Translations under genes and position numbers: made by a program | Origin: an uncultured Planctomycetaceae bacterium | GTDB taxonomy: Bacteria > Planctomycetota > Planctomycetia > Isosphaerales > Isosphaeraceae | NCBI GenBank assembly: GCA_963833985.1 | Contig: CAWIAD010000002.1 | Span: forward strand, 2,112,001 to 2,176,000 | Length of the DNA: 64,000 nt | Direction of reading: 5' to 3' | Notes under the pieces: model-generated | The model's database searches: none | The model's input: only the letters and a program-made list of their open reading frames with translations | Told to the model about the DNA's origin: nothing | In this document: positions 47,999 to 60,551 of the stretch, one piece after another | Numbering within the stretch: the stretch's first letter is position 1 | Layout: each line of letters opens with the position of its first letter

Positions 47999-48967
47999 AT
48001 GGCTCAGCTCACGCTCTTCGATTCCAACGATCAGCCTGCGCAGGCCAGCCGGCTTGCGGTGAAGCTCCGCGGCCTGGCGGAGCGGAATGCCTTCTTTGGC
48101 ACCTCCTCGTGGAAGTATGAGGGGTGGCTGGAGAACATCTATCGCAAGGATCGATACATCGAACGCGGGAAGTTCTCGCAGAAGAAGTTCGAGGCGGAGT
48201 GCCTGCGCGAGTACGCCGAGACCTTTCCCGTGGTCGGCGGCGATTTCAGCTTCTACCAGTTTCCCTCGCCGCCCTACTGGAAGCGGCTGTTCGAGGATTC
48301 TCCGGCCCGGCTCAGGTTCGGCCTCAAGGTGCCCGAGGAGATCACGGTCCCGCGCTGGCCGGGGCATGCCCGTTACGGTGCGCGTGCGGGTACGGCGAAC
48401 CAGGGGTTCCTCGACAACCAGTTGTTCCACGAGCAGTTCACCTGGCCGCTGGAAGCGTATCGCGACCGGGTTGCCGTGCTGATCTTCGAGTTCGGCACGT
48501 TCGCGCGGTCCACATTCGCCCGCCCCGCCGAGTTCCTGGCCAGGCTCGGTCCGTTCCTTGGCTCGGTCTCGCGTCATTTCCGGTACGCCGTGGAGATCCG
48601 CAATCCCGACTACCTGACTGAGGATTACTTTGCGACGCTCCACGCGCACAACACGGCGCACGTGTTCAACGCCTGGACACGCATGCCGGAGCTGCTGGAC
48701 CAGATCGCCCTGCCGGGTGCCTTCACCGCGGATTTCACCGTGGTCCGGGCGCTTCTGAAGAAGGGCCGGGCCTACGAGCAAGCGGTCAAGGCGTTCGAGC
48801 CATACACCCGCGTGCAGGAGCCGAATCCCGGCGCCCGTGAGGCGCTGCGGCAGGTTGCGGACCGCGCCTGGAAGACACGGCAGCCGGCTTACGTCTTCGT
48901 GAACAACCGCCTGGAAGGGAACGCGCCGGGGACCATCGAGGCCGTGGCCGATGCACTCGGCGAATGA
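47999..48967 (+). CDS. DUF72 family protein
   Basis: GTSSWKY, FYQFP, KVPEEIT, AVEIRN, FVNN...GNAP. Confidence 0.9.
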   Translation: MAQLTLFDSNDQPAQASRLAVKLRGLAERNAFFGTSSWKYEGWLENIYRKDRYIERGKFSQKKFEAECLREYAETFPVVGGDFSFYQFPSPPYWKRLFEDSPARLRFGLKVPEEITVPRWPGHARYGARAGTANQGFLDNQLFHEQFTWPLEAYRDRVAVLIFEFGTFARSTFARPAEFLARLGPFLGSVSRHFRYAVEIRNPDYLTEDYFATLHAHNTAHVFNAWTRMPELLDQIALPGAFTADFTVVRALLKKGRAYEQAVKAFEPYTRVQEPNPGAREALRQVADRAWKTRQPAYVFVNNRLEGNAPGTIEAVADALGE

Positions 48968-49047
48968 ACCGCGCTCGGGCGGCGGCTTCCGCTCGGCGAG
49001 CGCGGTGCGGTGCTGTGGGAGCGTCACCTGTGAGCGGGGGGGCGGGG

Positions 49048-49807
49048 TTACCTGGGCCGGCCAGGAAAGAACACCTGGGCCCTGGTTCCGACACCGGGAG
49101 TGGAATCGAGCACGATCGATCCGCCCAGCCGCTCGATCAGCCCGCGGCAGATGGACAGCCCCAGGCCGTTCCCTTCGATGCGCGACTCCTCGTCGCGGCA
49201 AAGCCGGAAGAACGGCTCGAAGACGCGCTCGAGGGAATCGGCGGGTATTCCGGGTCCGTCGTCGATCACGGTCACGCACCAGCCGTCGGGGCGGGCTTCA
49301 CCCTCGACGCGAACGCTGCCGCCGGAGGGCGTGTACTTGATGGCGTTGGAGACGAGGTTGCCGAAAATCTGCTGGCAGAGCGAGGCATCGGTGACCACCT
49401 GGACTGACGGCTCGACGGCCACGGCTTCCCAGCTCAGTGACCTGGCCAGTGCCGCGGCACGGAACTGCCGGTCGATCTCGCGGATGATGGCCCCCAGGGA
49501 GAAGGAGCCAAGCGACGTCGACCGCGAGCCGCTCACGAGCCCGGCGTAATCAAGGTACCCGCGGGTGAGACGCAGCAGATCGTCGCAGAGTGAGACCATG
49601 GTCAACAAATGCCCGCGCTGTTCCAGGGTCACCAGGGCGGAGGCGTCGCCGAGCAGGAGGTCAAATCCCGCGCAGGGAGACCAGGGGACGGCATAGCTCG
49701 TGGCTCAGGCTCGTCAGGAGCGTCCGGAGCTCGGCTTGATCGATGGCGACGTGACGGCTGCCGGCGGAGGGCTGCTGCTCTTTCTTCGTGGGAGTCTGCA
49801 CGTCCAT
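49048..49807 (-). CDS. Sensor histidine kinase (frameshift near 49670)
   Basis: H-box LSHELCRPL in the upstream frame; NLVSNAIKY, DDGPGI, FEPFF, GNGLGL. Confidence 0.85.
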
Positions 49808-49924
49808 GGCAAGAATGTCGGCTCCGGGTCAGGGGCGGAATCAGGAGAAGCGCTCTTCCTTGGCCCGCAGCTCATTTTCCGGACCGTGCGGCCGGGCAGG
49901 TTGCGGGTTTCGCGGCACCAGCGG

Positions 49925-50185
49925 TCAGGCGACGACGATCTGGTTTGCCAGCAGGGGATGTCCATCGGTCAGGTCGAGCACGGCCTGATGGGCCAGCTGC
50001 TTCGCGTGGTAGGTGCGGGATCGGCCCTGGAGGACGATCCGGTCCTCGGAGCAGACGACATGAAGGTCACGAATCCGGCCGTTGGCGGCACGATTCACGT
50101 GGCCTTCAATGAACTGGGCGAGTTCCTGGGGATCCTTGGTGAGGGCAGCCCATGGAGGATCCGCGCTCATGTGATGCGATGACAT
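49925..50185 (-). CDS. BON-like small protein
   Basis: IRDLHV...IVLQGRSRTYHAKQLAHQAV. Confidence 0.75.
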   Translation of the reverse strand: MSSHHMSADPPWAALTKDPQELAQFIEGHVNRAANGRIRDLHVVCSEDRIVLQGRSRTYHAKQLAHQAVLDLTDGHPLLANQIVVA

Positions 50186-50476
50186 GCCAGGCTCCCACAT
50201 TTTGATCGGCTTGACTTGGGCACTGAAGCGACGGAGGACTGCAAGGCCGAACGAATGGCTTGGGAGAGGCCTCGAATGTCGAGAGCCGCAGAGGTTCGGG
50301 ACAGGGCCGAGTTCGTTACCTGAAGCAGGAAGAAGCCGCCCCAACCATCCTTGTTCCCAACCGGATACCGTTTTGTCTGGAGACGTAGGAAGGGCCGGCG
50401 TCGGTCCACCGACGACCGGACCTCCACGTTCGATTTCCTCCCTGAGACTAACCGGAGCGCCACGCGGCGTCAAATA

Positions 50477-51187
50477 CTATTCGGCGCCCGGGAGATCGCT
50501 CGGTGCGCGGCGGATCGGCCGCGGGGCGGCGTTGCCCGGGTGGTTCGGAGCTTCCAGCAGCTCGTCGGTCTGGATGATCGACTCGGCGAGCTTGGCCATC
50601 GGGATGCGTCTGTCCTGACTTTGCCTTTGCAGCAGCCGGAACGCCTCGTTCTCGCTGAGGTGGCGGCGGGACATGAGAATCCCCTTGGCGCGTTCGATCA
50701 GCTTGCGTTCGCGCAGGGTCATCTTGAGGTGATCGACATTTTCCTGAAGGACCTGGATCTCGCGTGCCCGCGCCACGGCCACCTCGATGGCCGCGTTCAA
50801 GGCCGGGTTGGTCATCGGCTTCAGCAGGTAGGAGACCACGCCGTCCTCGACAGCCTGGTCGATGAGGTTGGGATGCCCGTGGGCTGTGAGGATGATGACC
50901 GGAGTGCCGGGGTCCTCGGCAATCTGCCGCGCCGCGGCCAGCCCATCCATTCCTGGCATTTCAATATCCAGGAAGACGGCGTCGGGAAGTGCGCGCCGGC
51001 ACATCTCCACGGCCCGCTGCCCGTCGTTCACAACGGCCACGACGTCGTAGCCCAGCGATTCCAGCTGATCCTGCAAGCCAGACGCGACGGGTTTCTCGTC
51101 GTCCGCGATGACAAAACGATAAGGCCGAGGCATCGCCGTCCCCCTCTCTCGTTGCGTCGAGTCCTGTTCCGCCATGTCACGATCCAT
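50477..51187 (-). CDS. ANTAR-domain response regulator
   Basis: IADDE, LDIEMP, YLLKP; RKLIERAKGILM; GGGGAGG RBS. Confidence 0.93.
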   Translation of the reverse strand: MDRDMAEQDSTQRERGTAMPRPYRFVIADDEKPVASGLQDQLESLGYDVVAVVNDGQRAVEMCRRALPDAVFLDIEMPGMDGLAAARQIAEDPGTPVIILTAHGHPNLIDQAVEDGVVSYLLKPMTNPALNAAIEVAVARAREIQVLQENVDHLKMTLRERKLIERAKGILMSRRHLSENEAFRLLQRQSQDRRIPMAKLAESIIQTDELLEAPNHPGNAAPRPIRRAPSDLPGAE

Positions 51188-51402
51188 GCTTGCCTCCCCA
51201 GTTGGCCTGTCGGAGCCTGGGCTGCGGTCAATCACCGGAGCCTTAGCAGTCCGAGATCTGGTCCATTCGGAAGTCATTTCACAGCCTTGACGGTCGGGCT
51301 GCAACTCATCAGAATTCGGGCCTCCCTGGCCCTGTGGATGCATCTGAGAAACACGCTCTTCCTGTTGATCGCGTTATCACGCCAAAGAAGGACAACTCGA
51401 AC

Positions 51403-51903
51403 GTGAGTCGATCTTCGCACCCTGTTCTCTTGTTTGACGATCTCGCCGTCGGTGACGAATGGGAAAGCCCTGGAAGGACGGTGACCGAGACGGACGTGGT
51501 ACTCTTCTCAGGCCTTTCGGGAGATTATAATCCGCTTCATTGTAACGAGGAATTCTCCAGGCAAGGACCATTCGGGCGCCGGGTCGCCCACGGCATCCTG
51601 GGACTGGCCATCGCCAGCGGACTCACCAGCCATGCTCCGCGCATCGACACCATGGCTTTCCTGGCGATCCTCGAATGGAGGTTTCTGCTCCCCATTTTCT
51701 TTGGCGACACGATCAAGGTCGTTTCCCGGATTGAAGCACTCCAGCCGCAAGCCAGGGGCCGGCGCGGCGTCGTGACCTGGCATCGACATATCCTGAACCA
51801 GGATGCGCTGGTCGCTCAGGAGGGCCGTAGCCAGACCCTTGTTCGTGGCAGGTCGAGCCGGCGCCCCTCGGAGGGCGTCTCGCCGACCGCCTCGGATGCC
51901 TGA
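51403..51903 (+). CDS. MaoC-family dehydratase
   Basis: GRTVTETD, SGDYNPLH, RVAHG, PIFFGDTI. Confidence 0.92.
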   Translation: MSRSSHPVLLFDDLAVGDEWESPGRTVTETDVVLFSGLSGDYNPLHCNEEFSRQGPFGRRVAHGILGLAIASGLTSHAPRIDTMAFLAILEWRFLLPIFFGDTIKVVSRIEALQPQARGRRGVVTWHRHILNQDALVAQEGRSQTLVRGRSSRRPSEGVSPTASDA

Positions 51904-52194
51904 AAGCATTTACTCACCTACCCTCGTATCAGTGATAACGTTCTTCCCTGGATTTGATCAACGCTTTTCTGTCAAAGGATGAGCCATTTTTAATTGCCCT
52001 TGGTGCGGTTGCCGGATCCAAGGATCGGAATCGACCGCTTCGGTACAGGATCAAGCGTTTTCCAGGTGAGCCATGGAACATCATTCTTCACTCCGTTCAC
52101 TCCGGCGCGGCAGCCGCGCCGCGCTGGCAATACCTGTGCGACCGGTCTCGCGGACCGGCCGGCCCAGGCTGGCCCGGGTCCGGGTGAAACGTGC

Positions 52195-55100
52195 TCACCG
52201 CGAGCGCTGCACGGGCAAGCCGGGGCTCTGCGCCACGGGTGAGCTCTCCGTTCGCTCCCGAGTTGCGGGCTGGCCCAGCGTGCGGCGGATGAACTCGAGC
52301 TGTAGCCGGGTGTAGTGCGGGCTGAAGATCGGATGCCGCGACCCGGGGTAGATCATCAGCTCGAAGTCCTTGTTCGCGGCCTGAAGCGCTTCCACCAGAC
52401 GCATCGTGTTCCGCACCGAGACGTTGTCGTCGATGAGCCCATGAACGATCAGCAGCTTGCCGTGCAGGTTCCGTGCGGCCTTGACCACCGAGGCTCACAT
52501 CGTAGCCCTGGGGGTTGTCCTGCGGCAGCCCCATGAACCGCTCGGTGTAGATCGTGTCGTAGTCGCGCCAGTCCGTGACGGGCGCTCCGGCGATTCCCGC
52601 GGCGAAAAGGTCGCTGTGGGTCATCGCATAAGAGGTCATGTAGCCGCCGTAACTGTGGCCGGTCATCCCAATCCGCGTGCCGTCGACGTAGGCTCGCTTC
52701 TTCAGCCAGGCGATACCGTCCTTGATATCGTCGAGTTCCTGGACTCCCAGGTGCTTGTAAGCGTGCCACGCCGAGACCGCGCCCTTGCCGCTGGCGGAAC
52801 GCGGATCGAGATGGAAGATGATGAATCCCTCGGCAGCCAGCGCCTGATCCGCGAGCCCGCCGCCCGCCCAGCCTTCGCTGGTCATGGGCGTGTGCGGACC
52901 GCCGTAGGTCTTGAACCAGACGGGATACTTCCGGCTCGGGTCAAGGTCCGGCGGCAGAACAACCTCGCCTTCAAGCAGGAATCCGTCGCGGGCCGGCACA
53001 TGAACCCGCTCGCGCGGGCCGAACCGGTATTCCTTGAGCCGGTGCGCCGGGTTGCTGTCCACGGTCCGCACCAGCATGCCGTCGGCACCGTGGAGGGTGA
53101 GTCGCGGGGGCGTGTGCAGGTCGGACCAGCTCGCGAGGTAATGGCGGCCGTCCGGTCCGAGGTGAACCTGGTAGCTTCCCGCGCTCTGAGTCAGCCGCTC
53201 CGGACTGCCGCCCAGCTTCGTCCTGTACAGGTTGATGGAAACCGGGTTGTCGCGCGTGGCCGTGAAGTAAATCCAGCCGGTATCGGCATCGACGTGGGCC
53301 AGCGAGCGAACCTCCCACGGGCCGCTGGTGACCTGCCCGTGCAGTGTCCCTTCCGCCGCATAATGGTACAGGTGCTTCCAGCCGTCACGCTCGCTGGACC
53401 AGAGGAAGCTACCGTCCTTGAGGAACGTGATCGGCTCGGGATCGGCGATCCACGCTCTGGTCGCGTCACGGAACAGCCGGCGCGGCTGCGGGCCTGGCTC
53501 GTCGGCCGGAACCTGCACCAGGTCAAGCCAGGTCTGGGTGCGATTCTGGATTCCGCAGTAGGCCGACGAGCTGTCCGGCCACCAGCCCACCTGGCTGATC
53601 AGGAAGGCCTCGGAAGAATACCCCGCAAGGTCCGCCCAGCGCACGCTCCCTCCGCCCGCGTCCACGATCCCCAGCCGAACCTTCGGGTTCGGCTCGCCGG
53701 CGCACGGGTACCGGTTCTGCTCGACCGTCCTGGGGCTGGTGGTCTCGTTCAGCATGGTGAGCGTCTTCACGGGGGAATCGTCGAATTCCATGAGCGCGAT
53801 CCGCTTTGAATCCGGGCTCCACCAGAACGCCCTCCAGTGCCGGTTGAAGATCTCCTCGAAGTAGACCCAGTCCGCGATGCCATGCCGCAAGGTCTCGGTG
53901 CCGCCGGTGGAGAGTGCCCGCTCACGCGGGTTGGCGATCTCGACGACGTGGAGATCGAAATCTCGCGTGAACGCGACGAAGCGGCCATCCGGGCTGAACT
54001 GCGGTTCCTTCTCCACTCCGGGGTGGTCAGTCAGCCGCACCGCCGTCTTGCCGTCGAAGCTGGCGTAGTAAAGGTCGTCGTTATGTGTGAACAGGAAACC
54101 CTTGTGCGCGGGGTCCATGTTGAAGGAGTGGTCCCCGGCAATGGAGTCCGCCGTGCTCTCGTCGATCGTCGGCAGCCGCCTGAGGCTCGCGGCCAGGGCG
54201 CGCGTATCGACAAAGGGACGCGAGCGTCCTGACCTGGCGTCGACGCGGTTCAGCTTACCCTCGCGGATTTGCAGCCAGCTCTGGCCGTCCAGCCAGGTGG
54301 CCGAGACCGGCGAGTCCGCGAGCATCTGGCCACCGCCTCCTCTGCGGCCGCCCTGAACCATGCCGAAGGTGATGGGCAGGTCGTGCTTCCGCTCCTCGGC
54401 CAGCGGCTCGGCCGATGTCGTGGTGATCGGCTCGGGATGGTTCAGCCGGGTGACCGGAAAGTCGCTGCCGGCCTGGACCATCGAGCCAAGGAGTTTCCAT
54501 GTGGCCAGGCCATCCTCCGAGCGCGGTTCCAGCAGGTAAACGGCCAGGTTGCCCAGCGGCTGCGCCGTCTTCACCATGAGGGTGCCGGCCGGAATGCGCC
54601 GGGTCTCCTGCCGCGGGCTGACGCGCAACTCGACCACGTCTTGCCGATCCCAGCTCGATCCCGCCGGCCTGGCGATCTCGTCCACGCGGCAAACTTCCAG
54701 GTCCAGCTCGATATCCTCGCGCAGCTCCTGGACGTCGATGCCGTGGCGCTTCAGGACGGAGGCAGCCTGCTCGCAACTCGCGGGCAGGAAGTAGGCGTAA
54801 GGACGAGCGACCGTCTCCGTGGGGGCGAAATCGTGCATGAGCTGCACCGGGTATTCCACGAGCGTGTCGGTCTTCTTCCGATGGCCCCCCTCCTCACGCT
54901 CGACATAGCCGAGAATGGGCTCGGGGTGGGGCAGGGGGCGTGGCTCGGAGCGAACCGCCACGCGATCCTGGCCGGGCGCCTGGCCGGCTCTGACGGCGGC
55001 CCGGTCCGCCTCGGCCTCGATCTGCCGGATCTTGTCCTTGTGGGCGGCCGCTTGCAGCAGGCATTCGCGCACGAAGTCGCGCGTGGCCAGGACGCGCTCC

Positions 55101-55996
55101 TTGTAAGTCGCATAAGCGTACGCCTCGGAGAGGACGCCGATCCGGTTTCTCAGGCCGAAATACGTGGTGCCGTAGCGGCCCTCCGCGGGAAAGGTGGTCC
55201 AGCGCGTGTGGTCGCGGCTCAAATTGCCGTAATAATAGGCTTGCAGCCCCGTCTTCTTCTCGAAAGCGCGGGTCAGGTCCGGCAAGAACGTGTCGCGGCA
55301 AAAATCGATGAGCGCATGATTCCCGGCCGGGTTCTTGGGGCCCTCGTAGGTGATCGTATACCGGTGGTAGGAGCCATTGGTCGTGTGCGTGTCGATGAAC
55401 AGGTGCGGCTTCCAGGTGTTGAAGAACCGGACCAGGGCCCGTGTCTCGGGTGCCTCGAGCTTGATGAAGTCGCGGTTCAGGTCCAGGCCGCGCGCATTGG
55501 CCCGCTGGCCCATGCCTTCCTCGGGGCCGACCTGGCCGGGCCGGTTCTGCTTCGACACGCGCTCGTTGCCGTCGGCATTGTAGATGGGGGCGATGGCCAC
55601 CACGATGTCCTTCAGCAGCGGATGGTGCGGCGTTTCCAGGAGCTCGCGCGCCAGCATCGGCAGCGCTTCCTTGCCGCAGACCTCGCCCGCGTGGATATTG
55701 CCGATCGCCAGCACGATCAGCTTGCCGGAGCGCGCGGCTTCCGCCGCCGTGTGCACGGGCGGATCGGCCACGATCAGGAGCGGCAGCACGCGGCCCTCGG
55801 CAGAACGGCCCAGCTCTGTGAAGGTGGCGCCGGGATAGCGCTTTGCCAGGGCCTGGCACAGGGCCACGACATCGCCGTGGCGGCTGGTCGACCTGTAGCC
55901 GCTCTGCTCGGCGACCGTCTGGAGGGTGTCGACTTGCTGCGGTGAATCTGCAAGGATAGGTAAAAGCAGTGCAATCAGCGTGTGGGTGGCAAGCAT
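52195..55996 (-). CDS. M14 carboxypeptidase-S9B dipeptidyl peptidase fusion (frameshift near 52492)
   Basis: IHAGE, NADG, DLNRD, IDTH; DPPIV propeller; GHSYGG; HGLIDDNV and SRH in ORF 52195-52488. Confidence 0.88.
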
Positions 55997-56185
55997 GAAC
56001 CAGGGATCCTCGTTCGTCGAGCCGGGGGAATGAGCCAGATGTCGCCGGTGAGAGGGACGGCGGAATGAAAACAGCCTACCCGACGCGCTGGTTCGAAGCG
56101 AGGACCTCCAGGAGATTCCCGGCGGCGTCGGCCTGCGGAGTCCCAGCGGTTCCAGTTGAGGGTGGCGACGTGGTCGGTCGTGGCG

Positions 56186-57137
56186 ATGATGCCTGAAGGA
56201 AACAGCCGGTTACCGGCCGTCTGGATGTTCACGGCGGCGTTCTGCTTCGCGGCAATGGGCACACTGGCCCATGCGCTGGGCACTGCGCTGCGACTGGCTG
56301 CTGGTCGCCCTCATCCGCATCATCTGCACCTTCGTCTTCTCGGTACTCCTGGCCTGGACGGCGCGCGCCAGGCTGGTGATCTGGACCCCCCGAACGCTCT
56401 GGATCCGCAGCATTTCCGGAACGATCAGCCTGCTCTGCTCGTTCTACGCGCTGGCGCGCCTGCCCGTGGCCGACGTGCTCACGCTCACCAATACTTACCC
56501 CTTGTGGATCGTGCTGCTGTCGCTACGCCAGTTGCGGCGCAGCGAGATCGGCGTGGACCTGACGTGCGTGGCCTGCGGCGTGCTGGGTGTGGTTCTGATC
56601 CAGCTCCCGTACCTCTCGGGCCAGGCGAACCTGGCCGTGCCCGTGGCGCTGCTGGGCTCGTTCACCACCGCCGTGGCCATGCTTGGCCTGCATCGCCTGC
56701 GCACGGTCGACGCCCGTTCGGTGGTGGCTCACTTCTCCGGCCTGGCCAGCCTGGTGCTCTCGGTCTGGGTCTTTGTTCATCCGCACATTGCGGCACGGAC
56801 GACCTTCAGCGGGGCCACCTTGCTCCTGCTGCTGGGCGTGGGCATCACGGGTACGATCGCCCAGGTGATGCTCACCAAGGCGTTCGCCTCGGGGCCACCG
56901 GCGCGGATCTCGGTGCTGAGCCTGAGCCAGGTGGTCTTCGCGATGATCTTCGACCTGACGCTGGGCGGCCGCGTGCTCGCGCCGTCGACCCTGCTCGGCT
57001 TCCTGCTGGTGCTCATTCCCACCGCCTGGATCACGCTGCACCCCGCGCGCCAGCCGCATGCACCCGCCGTCGCGCCCAGGAGCCCGGGCCGTTCCCTGCC
57101 GCGCTGCGCCGTCCCGCGGAGGCATCGCGACCATTGA
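56186..57137 (+). CDS. DMT/EamA transporter (frameshift near 56282)
   Basis: Multiple TM segments with EamA-like pattern; N-terminal TM in the upstream frame. Confidence 0.85.
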
Positions 57138-57177
57138 GTTAGAGCGATTTTCACTCGGATCGCAGACTGAGACCGGG

Positions 57178-57235
57178 GGGCAGGCATTCCTGCCTGCCGG
57201 AGCAGGCCTGCCCTGGCAGACAGGAATGTCTGCCC
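57178..57235. repeat. Intergenic palindrome (REP/terminator-like)
   Basis: GGGCAGGCATTCCTGCCTGCC...GGCAGACAGGAATGTCTGCCC between convergent genes. Confidence 0.65.
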
Positions 57236-57464
57236 TCCTTTCCAAGATCTCAGAAGCTGCTTGCAACCCGTCAGAAAGCCGCCCTCGGTCCGGGAGTTAG
57301 GTCCGAGTCACGGTCAGGCAGGCGGCGCATGACGTGAAGGCCCTGGCACACCAGGCGCGCGTGCCCGACAAAATGGCGTACGCCCCCGCTCATTGATCGC
57401 GTACCCGAGGACGCCCAGCCGGCGGGTTGAGGGGCGTTCCAGCCGGACGGTCGCGACCGTTCAA

Positions 57465-57860
57465 TCACGGCCGATACTGTTCGTCGCTCACGTGTTCCAG
57501 CCATTCGACGGTCTTGCCGTCGAGCCTTTCCTGGATGGCGACGTGCGTCATGGCCGTGGTCGCCGTCGCCCCGTGCCAGTGTTTCTCGCCCGGCGGGAAC
57601 CAGACCACGTCGCCGGGCCGGATCTCCTCGACCGGGCCGCCCCAATGTTGTGCCCAGCCGCAGCCCGAGGTCACGAGCAGGGTCTGCCCCAGCGGATGCG
57701 TGTGCCAGGCCGTGCGAGAGCCGGGCTCGAACGTGACCAGGGCACCGACGGCACGCGCGGGGTCGGCAGCCTGAAAGAGCGGGTCGATGCGCACGGTGCC
57801 GGTGAAGTAATCCCCGGGACCCTTGGTGGAGGGTTGCGAGCCGCTTCTCTTGATGTCCAT
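57465..57860 (-). CDS. Cupin domain protein
   Basis: [34 protein letters not shown]. Confidence 0.92.
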   Translation of the reverse strand: MDIKRSGSQPSTKGPGDYFTGTVRIDPLFQAADPARAVGALVTFEPGSRTAWHTHPLGQTLLVTSGCGWAQHWGGPVEEIRPGDVVWFPPGEKHWHGATATTAMTHVAIQERLDGKTVEWLEHVSDEQYRP

Positions 57861-58049
57861 GCGATGTCTCCTCCGGGGCCGACGACCGGGTCTCTGCTCC
57901 AGCTTCTCGGGGACGAGGGTCCTCGCCACCCACCTCTCCCTCTTGACCCGACCGTTTCGGGCTGCTGCAATTCTCTCTCAGGTAAGCCGGAACGGGAACA
58001 GGGCACCACACCTCTCTGACCGTCCGGCAACTGGTGATCGAGATCAACC

Positions 58050-59459
58050 ATGCAGCCGCTTCGCTGTCCTCGCTTGTCATTCGGCCCGCCCTTCTTGGTC
58101 GTGATCGTGATCCTGGGGAACGCCCTCCCGGCCAAGGCCGAAGGCCCTTCCCGTCGCGACCCGCAGATCGAGGCGGCACTGCGGGAGATCGACGTCTCTC
58201 GGATCCGAGCGCGCATCGAAAAGCTAGCGAGCTTCGGCACCCGTCATACGCTCTCGGACACCACGAGCGACGTGCGCGGCATCGGGGCCGCCAGGCGGTG
58301 GATCAAGTCCGAGTTCGAGCACATGGCCGCCGCCAGCAGTGGCCGTCTCATCGTGGCTGACGATTCCTACGTTCAGGAGCCAGCCCGGCGCGTGAACCGG
58401 GCCACCGAGATCGTCAACGTGACTGCAACCCAGAAGGGGAGGCAGGCCTCCTCCGCCGATCGCATCATCGTGCTGGGCGCACACTATGATTCAATACCAT
58501 CGATGAAAGCCGACGGAACCGACCCCAATGCGGACGCACCAGGAGCTAATGACGACGCCAGTGGAACGGCCGTGATCATGGAGCTGGCCGAAGTTCTCTC
58601 GAAGCGCGACTGGGACGCGACCCTGGTCTTCGCGGCGTTTGCGGGTGAGGAGCAAGGCCTCTACGGCTCGACCCACTTCGCGCAGCAGGCTCACGCCGCG
58701 TGCAAGAACCTCGAGGCGATGATCACCAACGACATCGTCGGGAACACCGCGGGGGGCGACGGCCGGCGTGACAACCGTACGCTGCGCGTGTTCTCGGAAG
58801 GCATGCCCGCCGTCGATTCACCGCTGGCGGCCCGGTTGCGGATGGTCGGAGGGGAAAGCGACGGTCCTTCACGCCAGCTCGCCCGCTACATCCAGGAGAC
58901 GGCCGAGCTGTACGTGCCCGATTTCCGGGTCCGGCTCATCTTTCGCAGCGATCGCTACCTCCGTGGCGGCGATCACCTGCCATTCGCCCAGCGCGGGTAT
59001 CCTGCCGTCCGCTTCACCGAGCCCGCCGAAAACTTCGCTCGTCAGCATCAAGACGTCCGCATGGAAAATGGAATCGCATACGGCGACGTCGTCAGCGGGG
59101 TCGATTTCGACTACGTGGCACACGTTGCCAGGGTGAACGCGGCCGTTGCCGGCGCCTTGGCACTGGCCCCGGCTCCTCCCGGCGATGTCGCCATCGAAAC
59201 GCGCAAGCTGGAGTACGACACCACGCTCACCTGGACCGCGCCGCGGGACACCGGTCTGGCCGGGTTCGAGATCGTCTGGCGCGATACGACGGCGGCGCGC
59301 TGGGAGCACGCGCTGGAGGTCGGCAAGGTGAGCTGCGTCACCCTGGCCGGCCTGTCGAAGGATGACTGGTACTTCGGAGTTCGCTCGGTCGACGCAAGAG
59401 GCCACCGCAGCCCGGTCGCCTTCCCACTGGCCGGTGGCCGTCAACCGCCGCGCAGGTAG
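58050..59459 (+). CDS. Secreted M28 metallopeptidase with FN3-like C-terminus
   Basis: GAHYDS, GANDDASG, GEEQGL, GGDH. Confidence 0.92.
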   Translation: MQPLRCPRLSFGPPFLVVIVILGNALPAKAEGPSRRDPQIEAALREIDVSRIRARIEKLASFGTRHTLSDTTSDVRGIGAARRWIKSEFEHMAAASSGRLIVADDSYVQEPARRVNRATEIVNVTATQKGRQASSADRIIVLGAHYDSIPSMKADGTDPNADAPGANDDASGTAVIMELAEVLSKRDWDATLVFAAFAGEEQGLYGSTHFAQQAHAACKNLEAMITNDIVGNTAGGDGRRDNRTLRVFSEGMPAVDSPLAARLRMVGGESDGPSRQLARYIQETAELYVPDFRVRLIFRSDRYLRGGDHLPFAQRGYPAVRFTEPAENFARQHQDVRMENGIAYGDVVSGVDFDYVAHVARVNAAVAGALALAPAPPGDVAIETRKLEYDTTLTWTAPRDTGLAGFEIVWRDTTAARWEHALEVGKVSCVTLAGLSKDDWYFGVRSVDARGHRSPVAFPLAGGRQPPRR

Positions 59460-59675
59460 ACGCCCTCAACAGTGACCAGGATGGCGGCCTGGCGCTTTCT
59501 TGACGCCACTCGATCGTGGAGTGGTTTCCGGTTCTCGCCACGTGAGCCGTTGCGACTCTTCCCAGGAGGTGTCCGGATTCGGCGGCCCGAGATCTCGGCG
59601 AATGATGATCTTGCGTGTTCGCGGCGGGCCGTGGAAGCTGGAGCCACCGTGAACCCTGATCATGGAGAACGCCGC

Positions 59676-60508
59676 GTGCCTGATCCGTTCGACGCCAGCC
59701 CGGAATTCCAGAGACTGCTTGCCGGGGCCGACAGGCCGGACCTGCTGCGGATCGCGCTGGAGATCGCGTCGGACGCATACCCGGATCTCGATCTGGATTC
59801 CTACCTCCGCCAGGCCGATGCACTGGCCGAGCGGGTCCGCGCACGGTGCGAGGAACGGGCAAGGCCACGCAAGATCCTCGGTCAGATCAACTGGTGCTTT
59901 TCGTCGAGGAAGGCTACGAGGGGAACCGGGAGAATTACTTTGATCCTCGAAACAGCTACCTGAACGAGGTGATCGACCGCAAGCTGGGAATTCCGATCAG
60001 CCTTTCCATCCTTTATGCCGGGCTGGCCGGGCGGCTGGGAATCGTGCTCGAAGGAGTGAACCTGCCCGTGCATTTCATGCTCAGGCTGGAGGAACCGGAC
60101 CGACCGCTGTTCATCGACCCATTTCATGGGGGCGAGTTCCTTGACCGGCAGGGCTGTGAGTCCCGGCTCACGGACCTGACGCGCCGTGAGGTGGTGCTCT
60201 CGGAGGTCCAGTGCGCTCCGTGCTCCGCGCGAATCGTCGTGGCGCGGATGCTGCGGAACCTGAAGGCCATCTACCTGGGGACCAGCGACTTTCCTTCCGC
60301 CCTGAGCGTCCAGCGCAGGCTCGCCGCGGTGGCCGCCGAGCCCGAGGAACGGCGCGACCTGGGGATGATCTGCCTTCAGCTCGATCATCCCGGAGAGGCC
60401 ATCGATCACCTCCAGGCGTACCTGACAGCCCTCCCCGATGCGGACGATACCGAACCCGTCAGCGCCCTGCTGCAATCGGCCCGCCGGCAGGTGGCGCACT
60501 GGAATTGA
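59676..60508 (+). CDS. SirB1/transglutaminase-like + TPR protein (frameshift near 59895)
   Basis: YFDPRNSYL, GIPISL, PVHF, IDPF, RMLRNLK. Confidence 0.87.
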
Positions 60509-60551
60509 GTTTCGTGTGGGTGCCGGTGCCACGTTTTCCAGGAACCTTACC

